Positions 57,690 through 64,000 of a DNA stretch of 64,000 bases are shown here, piece after piece. Under the pieces are notes generated by a model. That model searched no databases. It saw only the letters and a list, made by a program, of their open reading frames with translations, and had not been told where the DNA came from. Made by a program: the position numbers and the translations under genes. Source of the stretch: Bacillales bacterium. Lineage in GTDB: Bacteria > Bacillota_I > Bacilli_A > RF39 > UBA660. The first letter of the stretch is position 1, and every line of letters starts with the position of its first letter. Where the stretch lies: assembly GCA_016292035.1 (NCBI GenBank), contig JAEEZR010000010.1:29535-93534 (forward strand), given 5' to 3'.

Positions 57690-58577
57690 TTATCCTATAA
57701 TTGCTTTTTTAACATTATAAGTTGTATTGTTTAGTTTTATTTTTGCTACTGAGTTAATTTGATCTTTATCAACTATTATAGCTTTTATACTTTCATCATA
57801 TCTTCCAAGATATTTGTCAGCGGCATTATATACTGCATATACTTCTTTAGCTTGTGCTTCAGTTAATTCTGTGTCATTCTTTATAAGTATTATCTTGTAA
57901 GAAATATCAAGTCCATCTACAGCCTCATATCTGTATTTATAATCATCTAGTACAGTTATTGTTACTGTAGCCATTTTACCAGAGTCGCTACTTTTAACAG
58001 TTATAACAGCTTTACCTGGCTTAACAGCAGTTACTGTACCTTTAGCATCAACTTTTGCAACTGCTTCATTATCTGATGAGTAAGTTAATCCAGTGTTTAG
58101 TACGCCACTAGGATATACGCTTGCACCTATTTCATAAGTACTGCCTATTTCTAGATTAACACTTGTTGCTTTAACATTTACTTTAGTTACAGTTAGTTTA
58201 TAGCAAGAGCAACTTTCTGTATTTAAAGCATATCCTTTATCACAAGTTAGTGTGCAAACACTTGCTACCGGTTCAGTGGGTTTTTCTTCTTTACTAGGTT
58301 CTTTTTTATTCCATTTTGCAACTAAAACCATATCTTCAGTAACTTCTAGATCAAAGTCATATTTTTCTCCATCTAGTTCCCATCTTGCAAAAGAATATCC
58401 TTCTTTAGTTGGATCTTCAGGCTTAGTAACTTTTCCTCCTTTTTCTACATTTTGGCTTTGTACTTTAGTACCACCATTACTATCAAATTCTACTAAGTAT
58501 TCTTTCTTAGAACAACTACATGCAGTTAAGACAGTAAGTGCAAATACTAAAAGCACTGCTATTTTTAGTTTTTTCAT
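57690..58577 (-). CDS. Lipoprotein with a Listeria-Bacteroides (Flg_new) repeat, a CxC Cys-cluster and a Big_2-like Ig domain
   Basis: Lipobox LTAC. YLVEFDSNGGTKV...PTKEGYSFARWELDGEKYDF...MVLVAKW is the classic Flg_new repeat. CTLTCDKGYALNTESCSC cluster. ...AVAKVDAKGTVTAVKPGKAVITVKS is Big_2-like. Confidence 0.8.
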   Translation of the reverse strand: MKKLKIAVLLVFALTVLTACSCSKKEYLVEFDSNGGTKVQSQNVEKGGKVTKPEDPTKEGYSFARWELDGEKYDFDLEVTEDMVLVAKWNKKEPSKEEKPTEPVASVCTLTCDKGYALNTESCSCYKLTVTKVNVKATSVNLEIGSTYEIGASVYPSGVLNTGLTYSSDNEAVAKVDAKGTVTAVKPGKAVITVKSSDSGKMATVTITVLDDYKYRYEAVDGLDISYKIILIKNDTELTEAQAKEVYAVYNAADKYLGRYDESIKAIIVDKDQINSVAKIKLNNTTYNVKKAIIG

Positions 58578-58605
58578 TTTGTCTCCTTTCTAATACTTTT
58601 AGGTA

Positions 58606-58663
58606 AGCAAAAAGGGATTATGAAAACACAATAACGGTTAAATTAATGTATTATCATAATCCC
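58606..58663 (-). promoter_or_regulatory. Terminator-like hairpin inside the 5' UTR of the lipoprotein operon (candidate attenuator or riboswitch expression platform)
   Basis: On the minus strand, GGGATTATGA (58654-58663) pairs perfectly with TCATAATCCC (58614-58623) across a 30-nt loop and is followed by TTTTTGC. It lies about 40 nt after the predicted TSS and about 30 nt before the GGAGA RBS. Confidence 0.5.
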
Positions 58664-58701
58664 TCCCCCTAAGTAACCCAATAGTATTACTTACATTTTT
58701 G

Positions 58702-58730
58702 ATTATAATTAAGTTAGAAAAAAATGTCAA
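58702..58730 (-). promoter_or_regulatory. Consensus sigma-A promoter of the lipoprotein/601-aa operon
   Basis: On the minus strand, perfect TTGACA, a 17-nt spacer, then perfect TATAAT. Confidence 0.7.
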
Positions 58731-58756
58731 ATAAAATGAGAGTTTTTGAGCCTTTT

Positions 58757-59458
58757 TCAGGCATTTTGTATCTTATATATTACATAATTATGGTTTCTTT
58801 TTACTTTGTTTATATTGTCTATATAATCAGTTTTTCTAAAGTTAAAGTCTATTAGTTTTCTTTCCAATAATAGTTTGTTTAATTTACTATCTATTCCTTT
58901 AAATTCTTCATATATATTTATCAGTATAAATATAAATAAATATATAGCTAGTATCTTACCTATTATAAAAAATATTAGTGGGGTTAATACTAAGCTTATT
59001 AATAAAGTTACTTTAATGCTTTGCTTATATGGAAGAATATAGTCTAATAAATTATTTAATAGTCTTCCTCCATCTAGTGGAATTATTGGTAGTAGATTAA
59101 ACTTAAGTAATAATATATTTATCATGTATATTTTTTCATATGTTATATTTCTAATTATTCCTAGTGTATTTAGCTTATACATTAATAATATAAATAATAT
59201 CTGCACTAGGGGGCCACTTATAATCATTAGTATTTCTTTATATATTTTAGTATTTAAACTACTTTCTAATTTAGTTATTCCTCCGAATAAATATATTTCT
59301 ATTTCTTTTACTTTCATTTTTAGAAGACTACCTACTATACAGTGACCTAATTCATGAATAATAATTGATATAATTAATACAAATGTATAATCAAAGTATC
59401 CCGATAAAAATGATAGGAGTAATGCTATATATGTTATTATATTTATTTTAATTTTCAA
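58757..59458 (-). CDS. M50 family site-2 metalloprotease (SpoIVFB-like, no CBS domain)
   Basis: HELGH in TM helix, LLPIIPLDGGRLL motif. Overlapping gene pair with an M23-like protein, as in spoIVFA-spoIVFB. Confidence 0.75.
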   Translation of the reverse strand: MKIKINIITYIALLLSFLSGYFDYTFVLIISIIIHELGHCIVGSLLKMKVKEIEIYLFGGITKLESSLNTKIYKEILMIISGPLVQILFILLMYKLNTLGIIRNITYEKIYMINILLLKFNLLPIIPLDGGRLLNNLLDYILPYKQSIKVTLLISLVLTPLIFFIIGKILAIYLFIFILINIYEEFKGIDSKLNKLLLERKLIDFNFRKTDYIDNINKVKRNHNYVIYKIQNA

Positions 59459-60026
59459 TATATGGCCTATAGTCTAATACTTCATCATCTTTATAAAAAG
59501 ATAAGTATAAATAATCATTATTAGTTTGACCTAGCACTCTATCTTTTTCTATGTAGTCATATACTTTTAGATCATGTACATCTATATTTGAATAGATTAC
59601 ATTTATTCCATTACTTTGCTCGATTATTATACTATCCATATCATCTTTTTTTCCTATAAAACATATAAGGCCACTATTAAGGGCTTTTATAGTATAACCT
59701 TTATTAGTTTTTAATAATACTCCATTTAGGTAGTCTTTCTTTTCTTCATATATTAAGTTCTTTTCTTTACTTACTGTTTGCAGTGCATTATCTTTTATAT
59801 CTTTTATTTTTAATATATAGTCATTATATATTTTATTAACTTTAGAGAAGTTTATATTTTCTTTATATACTATATCTTTTATTCTTTCTTTAAATTTGGT
59901 ATTTGTTTTAGATATTATTAATATAGTTAATACTATTATTGCTACTACTAGAGATTTTTTTAATAATCTGTTTATATAATCTACTATGTTTAGTTTATTT
60001 CTTTTTAGATAGTCTTCTACTTTCAT
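59448..60026 (-). CDS. Membrane-anchored degenerate M23/LytM-domain protein (SpoIVFA-like)
   Basis: N-terminal TM helix. The C-terminal G.ICFIGKKDDMDSIIIEQSNGINVIYSNID...V..YDYIEKDRVLG follows the LytM fold pattern without the catalytic His residues. Confidence 0.6.
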   Translation of the reverse strand: MKVEDYLKRNKLNIVDYINRLLKKSLVVAIIVLTILIISKTNTKFKERIKDIVYKENINFSKVNKIYNDYILKIKDIKDNALQTVSKEKNLIYEEKKDYLNGVLLKTNKGYTIKALNSGLICFIGKKDDMDSIIIEQSNGINVIYSNIDVHDLKVYDYIEKDRVLGQTNNDYLYLSFYKDDEVLDYRPYIEN

Positions 60027-60088
60027 TTATTTCACCCATAAGTATTTTATGTCTTGAACTTTTTATGTATTACATTTAAACTATAAGT

Positions 60089-60442
60089 ATGAAGAAGATT
60101 AATGAAAGTTTAATAATTGAAAAGAAAAGTAAATTTATAGGAATACTTTATGAAGTAAATAGTGAGGAAGAAATTAAAGATATTCTTAATTATTTAAAGA
60201 ATGAACATAAGAAAGCTAGACATATTTGCTATGCCTATAAGATTGGTCCCTTAGCTAAAAAAAGTGATGATAAAGAACCTAGTGGTACTGCTGGTAATCC
60301 TATTTATAATACTATTATGATGAATAACTTAGATAATGTTTTAATAGTTGTTATTCGTTATTTTGGCGGTACTCTTTTAGGAACTGGACTTTTAACAAGA
60401 AGTTATTCTAAAGCTGCTTCTTCTTTAATTAGTAACAAATAA
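60089..60442 (+). CDS. IMPACT/YigZ family protein, N-terminal (UPF0029) domain only
   Basis: SKFIG...ARHICYAYKIG...DDKEPSGTAGNPI motifs. At 117 aa it lacks the usual C-terminal DUF1949 domain. Confidence 0.75.
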   Translation: MKKINESLIIEKKSKFIGILYEVNSEEEIKDILNYLKNEHKKARHICYAYKIGPLAKKSDDKEPSGTAGNPIYNTIMMNNLDNVLIVVIRYFGGTLLGTGLLTRSYSKAASSLISNK

Positions 60443-60524
60443 TATTTTTAACATATAATATAATAGATAAAGATATAGTTAACTAAGGTTTAGTTAATAA
60501 TCCATGGATATATCTTTATCTTTT

Positions 60525-60854
60525 TTATGTAAATAATTTTCCTAAGACTTTACCTATTTTTTTAAAAAAAGATATTACTACTTTTTTACTTTCTTCTCCT
60601 ATCTTAGCAGATATTTTAGATATACCATTACTATAGTCTTTAGTGCTTGTATCTATATAATTATTTATATTTAAATCTTTACCATTTTTTATGTCTTCTT
60701 CAAATCTTTTCATAGCTTCATTTGTTATTTGTGATTTTTTATATTCTTTGTATTCATAGTAGCCATTGCTTTTGGAGTAAAGTACTAATAAATACATTGC
60801 AAATAATAATCCTAAAATAACTAATCCTTTATTAGGCTTTTTCTTTTTATCCAT
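60525..60854 (-). CDS. Small membrane protein, YqxA-like by position
   Basis: 109 aa with one TM helix, immediately downstream of spoIIP, where B. subtilis has yqxA. No sequence motif verified. Confidence 0.4.
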   Translation of the reverse strand: MDKKKKPNKGLVILGLLFAMYLLVLYSKSNGYYEYKEYKKSQITNEAMKRFEEDIKNGKDLNINNYIDTSTKDYSNGISKISAKIGEESKKVVISFFKKIGKVLGKLFT

Positions 60855-61743
60855 TTTGTTTCTCCTTTATATATTCATTAATAGCCCATGCAAGTACTTC
60901 AAGTGAGTTATTAATTTCTTCTAAATTTGAATCTACTCCTCCTACTTCTATTAATGTGCTTATGGCATCTAAATCTGGATTATAGCTTCCTTTGTAAGGA
61001 CTTCTTCTATCTACTACTCCTCTTGTTAATCCTTTATATTTGCTTTCTATTATTTCATATAATCTAGGAGCAAAATTTATATTGTTTTCTTCTTTTGTAT
61101 GCTCATATCCCATAAGAAACATTAATTTAGCATATGGCTTATTATCTATATTTATTAAAGTTATATCTTTTTTTGCACTGTCTCTATGTATATCTATCAT
61201 ATATTTAATAGATGGATTATTTATAAGTGCTGTTCTTGCATAGTTTTCACTAGCGTGGTAACTATCATTATAGTTTAAGTTATTTCTATTTAAGTATTCC
61301 TTTATACTATTTGTTTCTATAATAGATTCTATTCCATACTTTTTTAGGTGTTCTTTTAATATAGCGGAAGCTATCATAACTGTTGGTTTTATTGAATAAT
61401 GAAATGATGTTCTTTCATATTCTTCTGTCTGATGAGTATTATATATATACATTATTGGATTATCTTCTTTTTCTTCTTCTAGATATACAAATCCTCCAAT
61501 TGGGTCTATTAGTTCTTCATCCTTCACCTTTATATTTAATAGTTTTCTTGGTGTTATATAGCTCGATACTTTAGATAGTACTAATGGAGGTTTATTAGTT
61601 ATACTATTCATTAATGATTCTAATAAGTATTCTTTTATTTTACTGTTATTTACTATTTTAATTATTATTAATAATAAAAAGATGACTGGTATACTTCTTT
61701 TAATAAAGGCTTTCATAATATCACCTTTTAAAGTATAAGTCAT
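60847..61743 (-). CDS. spoIIP: Stage II sporulation protein P family amidase
   Basis: IYNTHQTEEY and IDIHRDS motifs, an N-terminal TM helix, and gpr-spoIIP synteny. Confidence 0.75.
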   Translation of the reverse strand: MTYTLKGDIMKAFIKRSIPVIFLLLIIIKIVNNSKIKEYLLESLMNSITNKPPLVLSKVSSYITPRKLLNIKVKDEELIDPIGGFVYLEEEKEDNPIMYIYNTHQTEEYERTSFHYSIKPTVMIASAILKEHLKKYGIESIIETNSIKEYLNRNNLNYNDSYHASENYARTALINNPSIKYMIDIHRDSAKKDITLINIDNKPYAKLMFLMGYEHTKEENNINFAPRLYEIIESKYKGLTRGVVDRRSPYKGSYNPDLDAISTLIEVGGVDSNLEEINNSLEVLAWAINEYIKEKQNG

Positions 61744-61764
61744 CTTTTGTAAAAAATTAGTCGA

Positions 61765-62421
61765 TTAAAGTAATCTATTTATAGAAAGAGATATAATACT
61801 TGAGTTATTTTCTACTAGTTCATTTATTTCTTCTTTTGTAATTATTAATTTTTCTTCTTCTAATATAAGTGGCACTCCTATAGTTATAAGAGGAGCTTTT
61901 ATTGTTTTCTTACTTATAACGTCTTCTCCTATTAATAGTTTAGAATTAGATATTTCTATTATTTTACCAATATTATTTATTTCTTTTGTGTTTAGAGAGT
62001 CTATTAATACTACTAAATCTATATTTAATTCTTTTACAAGTGCTTTTATAAATTTAAGAGTGTTTATATTAGTTACTTTCATAGTGTCTTTATATATTTT
62101 CATTTGATTAGTTACTATTTTTTCTATAGTTAAATATCCTAATTTATCTACTGATACTTCTTTATTTCCTAGCCCTATAAATAATATATTACTATTTTTA
62201 TTAATACTCATTTCCTTTAATAGCTCATTTATACTATCTTGAACTAGTCGAATAGTATTTTCTATGTCTACTCCTTCTTCATATTTTATAGTTATTATTT
62301 TTTCTTTCTTACTACTTAATTTAGATATATATAAACCCTTTTCTATTTTTATATAGTTTTCCTCTTTATTAGAGTCTTTTACTCTAGTACTTTCTTCTAG
62401 ATAAAGCCCTTGTTTTTTCAT
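61765..62421 (-). CDS. gpr: Compact GPR-like (A25 germination protease family) endopeptidase, 218 aa
   Basis: ILFIGLGNKEVSVDKLGY compares with the Bacillus LIVGLGNWNVTPDALGP. DLVVLIDSL compares with DFVIAIDAL. PLITIGVPL compares with PVIAIGVPT. It is divergent from rpsT, as in Bacillus. Confidence 0.65.
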   Translation of the reverse strand: MKKQGLYLEESTRVKDSNKEENYIKIEKGLYISKLSSKKEKIITIKYEEGVDIENTIRLVQDSINELLKEMSINKNSNILFIGLGNKEVSVDKLGYLTIEKIVTNQMKIYKDTMKVTNINTLKFIKALVKELNIDLVVLIDSLNTKEINNIGKIIEISNSKLLIGEDVISKKTIKAPLITIGVPLILEEEKLIITKEEINELVENNSSIISLSINRLL

Positions 62422-62513
62422 ATAATCACCTATTTATAATTTTCCTATTTCTCTTGCTTTTTATACACTTTTTTGATAAAATCATTTTGTTATCAAAAAG
62501 GAGGAAAGTAATA

Positions 62514-62777
62514 ATGGCAAATATTAAAAGTCAAAAGAAAAGAGTTATAACTAACAGAAAAGCTACTGTCCTTAATAATGATGTTAAAGAATCTATGAAG
62601 ACAGCTATTAAAAAATTTGAAAAAGCTCTTAGTGTTAGTAAAGAAGAAGCACAAAATAAATTAGCTGTTGCTATCAAAGCTATTGATAAAGCTCAAAGTA
62701 AAGGCGTTATTAAGAAGAACACAGCTAGTAATTATAAATCAAGAATTACATTAAAGTTTAATTCTCTAAGCAAGTAA
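62514..62777 (+). CDS. rpsT: 30S ribosomal protein S20
   Basis: MANIKSQKKRV... start at 62514 with an AAAGGAGGA RBS. The track's 20-aa extension is rejected. Confidence 0.93.
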   Translation: MANIKSQKKRVITNRKATVLNNDVKESMKTAIKKFEKALSVSKEEAQNKLAVAIKAIDKAQSKGVIKKNTASNYKSRITLKFNSLSK

Positions 62778-62815
62778 TACTTGCTTTTTTTATTTGGCAA
62801 TATTACAATTAAAAT

Positions 62816-63721
62816 ATGAAGAAAATAGGAAATTTGATTTTTACAATTTTTTTAATGGGTAGTGTGGTATTTGTATATTTAAATGTGGATACAATAAGTG
62901 ATTTTATAGTTTCTTTTTTAATGGATAATAAAAGTGTTGTTATTAAAGAAAGCAATCAATATGAATTATCTTATGATTATTTATTCTTTCATAACGATGA
63001 AGACTTTATTCCCTATTCATATGATGATTTATTAAACATATATTACAATATATTAAATAGAGGTTATGATACATTTACTTTTTATTGCCCTAAAGAATAT
63101 GAGAACTGCGCTAATGACATAGAAAAAATAGCTGATAATGAAGAATTGATGAGTAATATTAATGGCTATGTACATCCATATAATAGTTTTGAGAGATTGG
63201 AACTTTATATATCTTCTCTTAATGAAATAACTATTGATGTTATACATAAATATACTCCTGAAAAAATAGATACATTAAATGCTAAAGTTATAAGTATTAT
63301 AAATAGTTTAGATTTAAAAGATAAAAGTATTAAAGATAAAATAAGTCTTATTCATAATTATATAGTTAATAATTCAGAGTATGATAAAGATAAGGCTGAT
63401 AATAAGTTCTCACCTTATGATGCTTCTAGTGCATATGGTAACTTAATAGAAGGCTTTGGAGTTTGCTCAGGTTATTCTGACGCAATGAGTATATTTCTTA
63501 ATTATTTAAATATACCTAATATGAGAGTAAATAGTAAAAACCATGTATGGAATTTAGTATACATAGATGGTCAATGGTTACATCTTGATCTTACATGGGA
63601 TGATGTAGATAATAAAAAGTATTCTAACAATTATTTTTTAATAACAACTGATAAATTAGAAAAGTTAGATCAAACAGAACATAGCTTTGATAGAGAGTTT
63701 TTTAAAGAGGCTAATTATTAA
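62816..63721 (+). CDS. Transglutaminase-like (cysteine protease fold) domain protein with an N-terminal TM anchor
   Basis: GVCSGYSDAMSIFLNYLNIP...KNHVWNLVYIDGQWLHLDLTWDD gives the Cys-His-Asp arrangement of the transglutaminase core. Confidence 0.75.
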   Translation: MKKIGNLIFTIFLMGSVVFVYLNVDTISDFIVSFLMDNKSVVIKESNQYELSYDYLFFHNDEDFIPYSYDDLLNIYYNILNRGYDTFTFYCPKEYENCANDIEKIADNEELMSNINGYVHPYNSFERLELYISSLNEITIDVIHKYTPEKIDTLNAKVISIINSLDLKDKSIKDKISLIHNYIVNNSEYDKDKADNKFSPYDASSAYGNLIEGFGVCSGYSDAMSIFLNYLNIPNMRVNSKNHVWNLVYIDGQWLHLDLTWDDVDNKKYSNNYFLITTDKLEKLDQTEHSFDREFFKEANY

Positions 63722-63750
63722 TTAGCCTCTTTTATTCACCAATCAACATT

Positions 63751-64000
63751 TTATTTATCTATAAAATTTATTACTTCGTTAATTGTGTTATTAAAATTAT
63801 CATAGTCTGTATTAAACCAGTTTATATTATCAAATTGATTGTTATACCAAGTATATTGTCTTTTTGCAAATTTCTTAGTATTTCTTTTTATGTTTTCTAT
63901 TGCTTCTTCTAAAGATACTTTGTTATCTAAATATTCTATTATTTCTTTATAGCCTATTAAGTCTTTTGTTTTCTTTTTATCTTTTAATAGTTTTACTTCT
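63751..64000 (-). CDS. miaA: tRNA dimethylallyltransferase, C-terminal 82 aa (the gene enters from the right edge)
   Basis: My reverse translation reads ...[41 protein letters not shown]...FIDK*, matching the conserved MiaA C-terminal region. Stop at 63751-63753. Confidence 0.75.
   Translation of the reverse strand, partial: EVKLLKDKKKTKDLIGYKEIIEYLDNKVSLEEAIENIKRNTKKFAKRQYTWYNNQFDNINWFNTDYDNFNNTINEVINFIDK

Noticed and set aside
60443-60524. A long imperfect palindrome between yigZ and the YqxA-like gene as a possible regulatory or mobile-element end.
   Set aside because: It sits between convergent genes and has flanking A/T runs on both sides. This is best explained as a bidirectional intrinsic terminator.
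1-64000. Possibility of Mollicutes genetic code 4 (UGA = Trp), given the AT-richness and the Mollicutes-like tmRNA tag.
   Set aside because: Long conserved genes (sigA, dnaG, lepA, rnr, asnS, eno, pbp) are uninterrupted under the standard code, and at least the pbp gene ends at a TGA.

Overview
This is a visibly AT-rich (about 25-30% GC by eye), very gene-dense chromosomal segment from a low-GC Bacillota organism. It uses the standard genetic code and has Bacilli-type dnaB/dnaI replication genes and a cell wall. My guess is an Erysipelotrichales-like or Mollicutes-related lineage, which is inference only. I call 66 CDS, 59 of them on the minus strand, plus one tmRNA. Most genes are core housekeeping: rseP-cdsA, trmK-sigA-dnaG, lepA, frr, dnaB-dnaI, cdaA-cdaR, ssrA, asnS with a T-box leader, rplU-prp-rpmA, an extra sigma-70 paralogue, eno-secG-rnr-smpB, infC-rpmI-rplT, mraZ-rsmH-ftsL-pbp, rpsT and miaA. 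There is also a thin set of sporulation-type genes (SpoIVFA/FB-like, spoIIP, a compact gpr). The stand-out content is a type IV pilin-like system scattered through this housekeeping backbone. Five paralogous prepilin genes share the G/FTL(V/I)E cleavage motif and a common Cys-containing head of about 140 aa. They sit at 8.6-10.6 kb, 12.6-13.5 kb, 29.9-31.8 kb (a tandem pair) and 51.4-53.0 kb. A core locus at 47.5-58.7 kb holds a PilC/GspF-like platform protein with a 220-aa N-terminal extension, an A24 prepilin peptidase, a 1267-aa non-pilin repeat protein and two secreted accessory proteins. Two of the pilins and the 1267-aa protein carry arrays of Cys-bracketed InlB-B-repeat-like modules of about 70 aa, capped by Cys-rich C-terminal domains. 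No GspE/PilB/ComGA-type ATPase and no PilMNO genes are visible anywhere in the 64 kb. Other points worth a second look are an L20 protein with a C-terminal Rho_N/HeH-like extension, a four-box MraZ operator with exact 10-bp phasing, a terminator-type leader in front of the pilus-associated operon, broken smpB-ssrA synteny and a non-canonical tmRNA tag. All functional calls come from motif and synteny recognition by eye. No database search was run.
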